A DNA stretch of 23,386 bases from Candidatus Scalinduaceae bacterium (GTDB lineage Bacteria; Planctomycetota; Brocadiia; Brocadiales; Scalinduaceae): contig JBHICG010000056.1 of the NCBI GenBank assembly GCA_046759445.1, positions 1 to 23,386 of the forward strand, given 5' to 3'. Below, piece by piece: positions 1 through 6,645 of this stretch. The notes under the pieces are model-generated. The model ran no database searches, was not told where the DNA came from, and saw only the letters and a program-made list of their open reading frames with translations. The translations under genes and the position numbers were made by a program. The number at the start of each line of letters is the position of its first letter. Positions within the stretch are counted from its first letter, which is position 1.

Positions 1-74
1 ATTCTGAAATCGGAGGTACTGAAAGAGATGCTGAAATAAATTCAGCATGACATTTTTCAGGACCTGGTTCAAGT

Positions 75-113
75 GTGATTATGCCTGTCCTTCTGACAGG
101 TGGGCAGAATCAC
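75..113. repeat. Imperfect nested inverted repeat (REP-like hairpin)
   Basis: GTGATTATGCC (75-85) pairs with GGCAGAATCAC (103-113) at 10/11. An alternative inner stem CCTGTC-cttct-GACAGG spans 84-100. The element is bracketed by the direct repeat ATGACATTTTT at 47-57 and 116-126. Confidence 0.55.
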
Positions 114-118
114 CAATG

Positions 119-158
119 ACATTTTTGGGCATTTAAGCTTTCCGCAACAGATACTAAT
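119..158. repeat. 40-bp copy of the MITE-like element at 15449-15505 (one arm only)
   Basis: ACATTTTTGGGCATTTAAGCTTTCCGCAACAGATACTAAT matches the reverse complement of 15448-15487 at 37/40 positions. Confidence 0.8.
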
Positions 159-190
159 CAAGGAATAGCAATAGTGAAAGTAGGTTTTAC

Positions 191-688
191 TTGAAATTGA
201 CCATGAGAACAAGTTGGACTGAAATTTTAAAAAAATTCTTTCCAGAAAAGACAAAAATAAAAATCAGTTTACTTGATATTCCTTTTCATGCGATGTTCGT
301 TCACTTCCCAACCGCCCTCTACCCTGTAGCGGTTTTCTTTCTTTTCCTTGCCCTGCTTTCCGAACGGGATTCATTCCACAATTCATATTTTTACCTCATG
401 ATAATAGCAACTCTTTTTACGCCGATCTCCCAACTTACTGGAATCATTGAGTGGAAAAAAAAATACAGGGGTATAAGAACACATATCTTCATTAGCAAAA
501 TTCGTTACGGGCTAATTTTGATTATAGTTGGAGGACTATGTACCACTTGGTACTGGTTTTACCCTGGGATATTGGACAATACAGGTGTCCTCAATATCGT
601 CTTCATTATTTTAAACATTTCCATCTTACCACTTGTCGGCTATCTGGGGCATTTGGGTGGCAAGCTTGTTTATGGGTTGCCTCATTGA
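191..688 (+). CDS. DUF2231-family integral membrane protein (about 4 TM helices, conserved His)
   Basis: N-terminal HAMFVHFP and C-terminal GHLGGKLVY motifs with hydrophobic helices between them. The start may be TTG 191 or ATG 203. Confidence 0.75.
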   Translation: MKLTMRTSWTEILKKFFPEKTKIKISLLDIPFHAMFVHFPTALYPVAVFFLFLALLSERDSFHNSYFYLMIIATLFTPISQLTGIIEWKKKYRGIRTHIFISKIRYGLILIIVGGLCTTWYWFYPGILDNTGVLNIVFIILNISILPLVGYLGHLGGKLVYGLPH

Positions 689-734
689 AAAAACTGTCAA
701 GATTTCTTATATTATGAATTAAGGAGGGTGATCT

Positions 735-989
735 ATGAAGAATCAAATTAAAAGTTTACGAGAACGAATTAAAGAGATGGAAAAAGTAATAGAAGTCTTG
801 ATCATTGCAATTCCTAAGGAGGAGTCAAGTTACAAATTTTACCTAGACCTTGCAAATTCCATAGAACACGAGGGTAGCAGAAGGATGTTCATTAAAGTTG
901 CTAAACAAGAGCTTGCTCACAAAGGCATGTTAGAAATGGAGCTGAAAAAGTTGCAACATGAGATATCCAATTTAAGGTCTGAAAGGTAG
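735..989 (+). CDS. Small ferritin-like / half-rubrerythrin protein
   Basis: Strong SD AAGGAGG at 721-727. AIPKEESSYKFY...FIKVAKQELAH matches one helix-pair E...Y...ExxH unit of the rubrerythrin family. Confidence 0.75.
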   Translation: MKNQIKSLRERIKEMEKVIEVLIIAIPKEESSYKFYLDLANSIEHEGSRRMFIKVAKQELAHKGMLEMELKKLQHEISNLRSER

Positions 990-1042
990 CATATACGCAG
1001 AATGGACCTCTTCTATACAGAGTGCATCACGGAGTTCTTGTA

Positions 1043-1438
1043 TTAGTTTTTTCTTTCTTCTTCGGACTTGTGTTTGTAAAGAGCTATCTCAATTGCTATT
1101 TTCAAGTCTTCATCTATAAAAGGCTTGACGATATATCCAGACGGTTTTGTTATTTTTGCCCGCTCCAGTATCTTCTCATCGGCATAAGCTGTTAGATAGA
1201 TAATGGGAATATCCAAACATGAGTGGATTTGACTTGCCGCTTCAATCCCGTCCATTTCATCTTTTAACACAATGTCCATCAGCACTAAATCAGGCTTATC
1301 CTCCTTAGCTTTTTGAATCGCTTCCTTTCCTGTAGATGCCAGGGAGGAAACAGTGTATCCCAAAGCCTGTAATCTCATTTTTATATCTTCAGCAGTAATC
1401 CACTCATCTTCAACAATCATTATTTTTGCCTTTGACAT
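1043..1438 (-). CDS. Stand-alone response regulator receiver protein
   Basis: IMIVEDE acidic pocket, DLVLMD phospho-Asp, LTAY and KPF motifs. No output domain. Confidence 0.9.
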   Translation of the reverse strand: MSKAKIMIVEDEWITAEDIKMRLQALGYTVSSLASTGKEAIQKAKEDKPDLVLMDIVLKDEMDGIEAASQIHSCLDIPIIYLTAYADEKILERAKITKPSGYIVKPFIDEDLKIAIEIALYKHKSEEERKN

Positions 1439-1597
1439 TATCTTATATCCGTTCTTTGTATTTTGCTTCCTTAAATTTAATTTGAAATTCCGTGCAGGGA
1501 TATTTTGATTACACCGTCTTTTCCTTCTGGAAATGCGTAAAGAGGTTTAGATTAGAGTGTGCTTACCTATGCATCGTTCCACGCTTAAAAACATAGA

Positions 1598-2980
1598 TCA
1601 AGACCTTTCCATATTAGTTCTGGCCTTGGGCATCAATAGGTCAAAGAAGAATAGTCCTACACCAGTGACTGTAAGCAGCCCAAATACAAATCTCATGAGA
1701 TAGAAAAAGCTCATATAACCTTGTACCTGAAGAAAAGGTAACCCCCACACCCTCTCCATAAACACCTGTATAATGCCGGCACAACTAAGAGCAATGGTCA
1801 TCCCCATCACACCTACTACCATGAGTAAGAAAGAATAAAAACCTCGTCTCTGGTCAAAGCTATCCCCTCCAAACCTCCATCTTGGCAGGGCATAATATGC
1901 GCATGCTATAATTAGCATGGCATATGCTCCAAAGAAGGCTATGTGTGCGTGCGCGGCCGTAAACTGGGTGCCATGGGTCCAGCGGTTCACCTGAGGGAGG
2001 GTTTGGGCAAATCCCCATACCCCTGCCCCTAGAAAGTGTATAATCACACTCCCTACCAGCCAGTATTGAGCTAAGAGATTCGGATGATTAAGTCTCCTAT
2101 CCTTAATGGCTAGCCTCAGGGAATCTAAGACCATTATAAAAAGGGGCAGAGGTTCCAGGGCGCTGAAGAACCCACCCAACAGAAGCCAATACTGTGGCGT
2201 CCCTATCCAGTAATAGTGGTGCCCCATTCCCAGGATGCCTGTAAAAACAACAAGCCCCGCCTCAATATAGAGGTATTTTATCGCCCTCTGCCTTGGAAAG
2301 CCAAAGAGGCGAATGGCCAGAAGAGCATACAGGCTGGCGGCTATGAGTTCCCAACTGCCCTCTACCCATAGATGCACTACCCACCACCAGAAGTAGAAGT
2401 CCAAAGACATGTTTTTGAAGAATTTCATCCCGAAGAGGTAAAAAAAGGCAAGTGCTATCAATCCTACTGCCAGAAGTCCTGTAATGGCATCCCGTTGTGT
2501 ATGCTTGTATATTGTCATCAAGGTATTAAATAGGAATAGACAGAATACGGCTACCAGGTATATATCGGCCCAACGGGGGGCCTCAATATATTCCCTCCCC
2601 TCGGAGAATAGCCTTGAATAATTCCCGGAAAGGCCCATATAAAGGTAGCCTGCCACTATCAGAAATGTTCCTATACAAAAGAGCCATAAATTCCACTTAG
2701 CCAGTCTTTCTGAATAAAGCCTTCCACCCGCCTCCTCCTTCAACAGATAATAGGTGGCTCCCATAAAACCTGCAAGTAGCCATATAATTAGGGCATTGAT
2801 GTGGAGCATTCGGATGATGTTGAAGTTTAATGGGATAGGAAGGTTGGGCCAGAGGAAATACATAGCCCCCACCAGGCCAAATATTACCTGTAATAAGAAT
2901 AAAAGTCCGGCAAAGATGAAGAACCTGCCTGCTACCTCCTGTGTCGCTTCTCTAAGGATTAGCATGTTAGCTACCTTCAT
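1598..2980 (-). CDS. norB: Nitric oxide reductase large subunit (cNOR NorB)
   Basis: Heme-copper oxidase superfamily NOR motifs: RMLHIN, GREYIEAP, WWVVHLWVEGSWE, GHHYYWIG, SALEP, HGTQFTAAHAH. About 460 aa with no qNOR N-terminal extension. Start placed at ATG 2980, which follows SD AAGGAGGT and overlaps the norC stop (TGATG). Confidence 0.95.
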   Translation of the reverse strand: MKVANMLILREATQEVAGRFFIFAGLLFLLQVIFGLVGAMYFLWPNLPIPLNFNIIRMLHINALIIWLLAGFMGATYYLLKEEAGGRLYSERLAKWNLWLFCIGTFLIVAGYLYMGLSGNYSRLFSEGREYIEAPRWADIYLVAVFCLFLFNTLMTIYKHTQRDAITGLLAVGLIALAFFYLFGMKFFKNMSLDFYFWWWVVHLWVEGSWELIAASLYALLAIRLFGFPRQRAIKYLYIEAGLVVFTGILGMGHHYYWIGTPQYWLLLGGFFSALEPLPLFIMVLDSLRLAIKDRRLNHPNLLAQYWLVGSVIIHFLGAGVWGFAQTLPQVNRWTHGTQFTAAHAHIAFFGAYAMLIIACAYYALPRWRFGGDSFDQRRGFYSFLLMVVGVMGMTIALSCAGIIQVFMERVWGLPFLQVQGYMSFFYLMRFVFGLLTVTGVGLFFFDLLMPKARTNMERS

Positions 2981-3837
2981 CACTGACCTCCTTTCCACTT
3001 CAGGTAGGTTGTTATGGCACGGGCCTCGGCCTGGCTGAGACCAAGTTCAGGCATTAGAGGAAATCCCTTGTTTATGGGACTTATGTTCAATTCCTTATAC
3101 ACTGCCTGAGGACTCTTTATCCAGCCTATCAAATATTCCGTATTATGGCGTCTTACAGCATCAATTAGATCTGGTCCCACCTTCGGCCCTTGACCCAAAG
3201 TGTGACAGATACTACAGCCTTTTGAAAGGAAGAGAACCTCGCCTTCCTTTACTAATGATTCCGAAGGGAAAGCGAGGGTGATCTCTCTTTCCAGAGACAC
3301 AGTAAGCTTTGGAGCTAAGGGCTTTGGAGGCCAATCATTGGTATCAATATTGGCAACCCAACGTAGGAACTTGACAAGACCTTTGGACTCTTCTTCCGTC
3401 AGGGCAAATCTCGGCATACCCCTGTGCTCATGTGTGGCTGACGGAGAATTCATCAAAAATGCCTCCATAACACTGCTGGCTAATTCCTCATCTCCACCAG
3501 ACCTGACTAAGAATCTATCCCAGCTCTTTGTAAGGTCTGGCGCATAATAAGCGCCGTTTCCAAGCAGAGTATGGCAGTCTATGCATATGTACTTGCGCCA
3601 TGTCATCTTGCCAGAGACGACCTCATCAGTGATCATGTCCGCATTGGTGCGTTTAGGAAGGAGTCTGAGATAATCCAGGGTGAAAATCAATAAAAAAAGC
3701 ATTAAGGCAGATGTCCCTACAAAAAAGGCACACCTGATCCTTCTTGCTTCTACCCCTTCAGGCCATGGGAGCCAATAGAGAAATAAGATGCAGAGACTTC
3801 CTCCAACTGCTATCGCTGTCCAGGTTAAAAACTCCAC
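2980..3837 (-). CDS. norC: Nitric oxide reductase cytochrome c subunit NorC with an extra C-terminal class I cytochrome c domain (two CxxCH)
   Basis: NorC signature GKMTWRKYICIDCHTLLGNGAYYAPDLT...RGMPRF...DTNDWPP, then a second CSICH...GPDL...MPEL domain. Two N-terminal hydrophobic helices. Likely start is GTG 3837 after AAGGGTG; the ORF is open to 3927. Confidence 0.9.
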   Translation of the reverse strand: MEFLTWTAIAVGGSLCILFLYWLPWPEGVEARRIRCAFFVGTSALMLFLLIFTLDYLRLLPKRTNADMITDEVVSGKMTWRKYICIDCHTLLGNGAYYAPDLTKSWDRFLVRSGGDEELASSVMEAFLMNSPSATHEHRGMPRFALTEEESKGLVKFLRWVANIDTNDWPPKPLAPKLTVSLEREITLAFPSESLVKEGEVLFLSKGCSICHTLGQGPKVGPDLIDAVRRHNTEYLIGWIKSPQAVYKELNISPINKGFPLMPELGLSQAEARAITTYLKWKGGQ

Positions 3838-3943
3838 ACTCTCACCCTTCTCTCGCCAGAGCAAATTCGCCCTGGCCGTGCGTTTTTGTAAATAGAATGC
3901 GCAGCGCGACCAAATGTATGTTAACACTTGTTCGTTTTTTTGA

Positions 3944-3972
3944 ATATTACCTTACAGATATGAATCCGTCAA
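3944..3972 (-). promoter_or_regulatory. sigma70-type promoter for norCB
   Basis: TTGACG-N17-TAATAT on the minus strand. Confidence 0.55.
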
Positions 3973-4014
3973 ATATTTTAGATAAGCTTTATCATTATAT
4001 AAAGTAAATTTTTT

Positions 4015-4030
4015 TGCGTAGCAAATGCCA
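4015..4030 (-). promoter_or_regulatory. Possible sigma54 (-24/-12) promoter facing norCB
   Basis: TGGCATTTGCTACGCA gives GG-N10-GC with a TGGCA -24 element. The -12 element (ACGCA) deviates from TTGCA. Confidence 0.35.
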
Positions 4031-4050
4031 TAAATTAGAGACCAGTCTGA

Positions 4051-4067
4051 GTGCGGGGTACCCGCAC
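4051..4067. terminator. GC-rich hairpin downstream of the flavoprotein gene
   Basis: GTGCGGG-gta-CCCGCAC 7-bp stem. No clear U-tract. Confidence 0.35.
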
Positions 4068-4093
4068 GGGTATGCAGAAAGGAGCTAATTTAT

Positions 4094-4783
4094 TTAGTAA
4101 CCAGGAAATTTTTCCATTTTTATCTTTTTTACCTCAAGTTCTTTAAGTAGCCCCAGCATTACATCTACCATCATAGGGGGGCCACATACATAAAATGTCC
4201 GATCCCGAAAATCTTTAACCTCCTTTTTTATGATGTCAACAGTAATATATCCATAATAGCCTCTCCAATCTTCAGGTGGTTTATTAAGGATTTGCACTAC
4301 CTTTAAGTTCGAGTTATCCTCAATCATCCTATCAAAATCGTATCGAAATACTATATCACTTTCTTCTTCGTTCCCGTAAAGAAGAATTATATCAGTATCT
4401 AAGTTTTGGTCAGTACAATTTTGGCATATACTATGGATGGGAGTTATTCCAATTCCTCCACTCAAAAAGCAGATTTTTCTGATATCTTCTAGTACAAACT
4501 TTCCTCTTGGTCCCGATATCTCAGCCCACTCACCGCCTTTGAGTCTATTCAGTCTCTGGCTGAATGTAGAGTTTGTGATTTTTTTTGTAAACTCCAGGTA
4601 TCCTTTTTGTGTTGGAGAGTTACTAATAGTAAAATGTTTCGTTTTTCTTTCTCCATCTATTTCCAGAGTGATGAAGAAAAATTGGCCTGCCTGAAAGTCA
4701 AATCCCTCAGGTCTTCCAAAGCGAAAGCTCTTAATATTGTGAGTCCTCTGGATTACTTCCTTTACATTAGTTTCATATTTCAT
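4094..4783 (-). CDS. Ferredoxin-NADP+ reductase-like FAD/NAD(P)-binding oxidoreductase
   Basis: FQAGQF, KHFTIS (RxYS-like), GPRGKF, SGGIGITP, LLYGN and YVCGPPMM motifs. No 2Fe-2S domain. Confidence 0.9.
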   Translation of the reverse strand: MKYETNVKEVIQRTHNIKSFRFGRPEGFDFQAGQFFFITLEIDGERKTKHFTISNSPTQKGYLEFTKKITNSTFSQRLNRLKGGEWAEISGPRGKFVLEDIRKICFLSGGIGITPIHSICQNCTDQNLDTDIILLYGNEEESDIVFRYDFDRMIEDNSNLKVVQILNKPPEDWRGYYGYITVDIIKKEVKDFRDRTFYVCGPPMMVDVMLGLLKELEVKKIKMEKFPGY

Positions 4784-4786
4784 TTA

Positions 4787-5073
4787 TTATTTAAATCTAG
4801 AATAAATAGACTCATAATAATTTACCATGTCATCTATTATGCTGTCAATACCATCCTTAAGACCCTCCCATATACTCTCATGCGTTTGTTTTATTTCTTT
4901 CAACCTCTCCTTACATTTTGTTGTTTAGCCTTCAGATATTCAATATGTTCGACATATTCAGCTTTATTCTCAGGTTCAGTTTTATTGGCCAGGGAATCAA
5001 GTTGTTTAATTCTGGCATCCCATTCTCCCAATTCTACTTCTAGCTTATGTTGGTAATCCTTCTTTACACTCAT
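4787..5073 (-). pseudogene. Frameshifted small coiled-coil protein (sll1863-like family), about 95 aa if repaired
   Basis: SD AAGGAG and ATG 5073 give MSVKKDYQHKLEVELGEWDARIKQL...KAKQQNVRRG*, stopping at 4900-4902. The family-like C-terminus ERLKEIKQTHESIWEGLKDGIDSIIDDMVNYYESIYSRFK* continues in a shifted frame to TAA 4787-4789. One base is missing near 4911. Confidence 0.75.
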
Positions 5074-5205
5074 AATTACGCTCCTTTTTATATAAAGTTA
5101 TGGCTTTTCCACTTTACTCATTTTTACTTAATTTGTAAAATGTACACGTAAATAATAATTTATATCATACAAGAAAATTAATAGACCTGTAAAGAAAAGT
5201 TTAAA

Positions 5206-5228
5206 TGGTATATTTAAGAAAAGGAGGT
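5206..5228 (+). promoter_or_regulatory. Extended -10 element and strong Shine-Dalgarno for the MBL hydrolase
   Basis: TGgTATATT at 5206-5214 and AAGGAGGT at 5221-5228. Confidence 0.55.
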
Positions 5229-5234
5229 TAAGCC

Positions 5235-6206
5235 GTTTTTAAGATAACTGTATGGGGATGCCGAGGGAGCTTAGCAACACCATTAACCAACGTAGAAATA
5301 CACGAAAAGCTTACGTGGATCCTTCAAGATATTTCAAAGAAAAGGGTACAATTTAATAATGATGATGATATAAGAAAATACTTGTTGTCTATTCCTTTCT
5401 ATCATGGTTCTACTTATGGCGGAAACACTACATGCCTGGAAGTAAGATGTGGTGAAACTATTATAATATTTGATACGGGTACAGGAATAAGACCACTCAG
5501 TGAAAAGCTTTTCAACGAATATACAAAAAAAAATAAATTCTTAGATTTAAATATTTTATATACTCATTTACATACCGATCATACAATAGGGCTACCATTT
5601 GCAAGTTTCATTTACATAAAAGGAAATCGCATTAATATTTACGGGAGTACCCAGTGGGATCGTAGTCTTGGTGATATAATAAAAAATGTTATGAAATATC
5701 CAAATTTTCCAGTAACTCTGAATGAAATAAACCGTGTAGGAGCAACTATGAATTATAACAATATAAGTGAGGGCAATGTATTGCGTTTTGGTAAGAATCA
5801 GGAAATTCGCATTTATAATGCCAGGCTAAATCATCCTGGTGGTGTAATAGGGTACCGTGTAGAATATAATTCAAAAGTCTTTGCATTAGCTACAGACATT
5901 GAGCATACTAATCAAATTGATCCCAAGCTTGTTAGATTAGCCCAAAACGCAGATATACTTTTCTATGACACCCAATACACCGATGATGAGTATATGGGAA
6001 AAACAACAACCTCTAGAAAGGGATGGGGGCATAGCACACCTGAGTATGCCATTAAGACTGCAAGGTTTGCAGGAGTCAAAAGACTGGTTCTTACCCATCA
6101 TTGTCCTTACCACAAGGACAGAGACATTGCTAAAATTGAATCTATGGTACAAAAACTCTTTCCTAATTCTCAGGCTGCATATGAAGGAATGATGATAGAT
6201 GTTTAG
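5235..6206 (+). CDS. MBL-fold metallo-hydrolase (RNase Z/BN-related phosphodiesterase-like)
   Basis: THLHTDH, FDTGTG, LNHPGG, YDTQY, GWGHS and LTHH motifs. The family N-terminus FKITVWGCRGS lies 49 codons upstream of the called TTG 5382, in frame and without a stop, and begins at GTT 5235. Confidence 0.85.
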   Translation, partial: VFKITVWGCRGSLATPLTNVEIHEKLTWILQDISKKRVQFNNDDDIRKYLLSIPFYHGSTYGGNTTCLEVRCGETIIIFDTGTGIRPLSEKLFNEYTKKNKFLDLNILYTHLHTDHTIGLPFASFIYIKGNRINIYGSTQWDRSLGDIIKNVMKYPNFPVTLNEINRVGATMNYNNISEGNVLRFGKNQEIRIYNARLNHPGGVIGYRVEYNSKVFALATDIEHTNQIDPKLVRLAQNADILFYDTQYTDDEYMGKTTTSRKGWGHSTPEYAIKTARFAGVKRLVLTHHCPYHKDRDIAKIESMVQKLFPNSQAAYEGMMIDV

Positions 6207-6275
6207 CTACTTTAGAGGATAAAAAACGAGACAACCTACTCAGTTAAATGTTTTTATATTTTTCGGTTCTGGGAA

Positions 6276-6358
6276 TGCGCGGGGAGGGAGTCGAACCCTC
6301 ACCCCCTATCGAGGAAGGGATTTTAAGTCCCTCGTGTCTGCCATTCCACCACCCGCGC
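6276..6358 (-). tRNA. tRNA-Leu (anticodon TAA), CCA not encoded
   Basis: Reverse complement GCGCGGGTGGTGGAATGGCAGACACGAGGGACTTAAAATCCCT...GAGGGTTCGACTCCCTCCCCGCGCA folds as a cloverleaf with a long variable arm. Confidence 0.95.
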
Positions 6359-6373
6359 TCAAATCATAAAAAA

Positions 6374-6449
6374 TGGAGGCGGCACTGGGATTCGAACCCA
6401 GGATACCGGATTTGCAATCCGCTGCCTTAGTCCACTTGGCCATGCCGCC
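6374..6449 (-). tRNA. tRNA-Cys (anticodon GCA), CCA encoded
   Basis: Reverse complement GGCGGCATGGCCAAGTGGACTAAGGCAGCGGATTGCAAATCCGGTATCCTGGGTTCGAATCCCAGTGCCGCCTCCA, with U73 discriminator. Confidence 0.97.
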
Positions 6450-6596
6450 ATATCGTCTTTACTATATAGAAAGACTTATATTTTTGAGAAATTAACCTCT
6501 TTTGGTTGCTAATTTGTACTATCTTACTTATTAATCTAAGTTATTTAAAGTTGGTATGTTGTTGTAATACAAATAAATTTATTTTTTAAACGGATG

Positions 6597-6626
6597 ATTA
6601 TATAAAAATAATTTTTAAGGTGTCAA
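6597..6626 (-). promoter_or_regulatory. Consensus sigma70 promoter upstream of the tRNA-Cys/tRNA-Leu pair
   Basis: TTGACA-N18-TATAAT, both hexamers perfect. Confidence 0.75.
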
Positions 6627-6645
6627 GGCTTTTCCAAATTGGCAC

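Noticed and set aside
1..39. Possible 3' end of an upstream CDS (ILKSEVLKEMLK*)
   Set aside because: Only 12 codons are visible, so it cannot be supported or assigned.
69..254. 61-aa minus-strand ORF
   Set aside because: It overlaps the DUF2231 gene antisense, runs through repeat DNA and has no motif.
1506..1517. 12-mer TGATTACACCGT repeated at 16850-16861
   Set aside because: The match does not extend, and isolated 12-mer matches are expected by chance in 23 kb.
2754..4007. Plus-strand ORFs 2754-3038, 3278-3547 and 3744-4007
   Set aside because: Antisense shadows of norB/norC with no recognisable motifs.
4437..5056. Plus-strand ORFs 4437-4694 and 4607-5056
   Set aside because: Antisense to the flavoprotein and the frameshifted coiled-coil gene, which explain the region better.
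5235..6358. MBL hydrolase as a dedicated RNase Z for the adjacent CCA-less tRNA-Leu
   Set aside because: The genes are convergent, and the WGxRGS/YGGNT subfamily is not canonical RNase Z. Adjacency alone is not evidence.
6248..6430. 60-aa plus-strand ORF
   Set aside because: It is the antisense reading of two tRNA genes.
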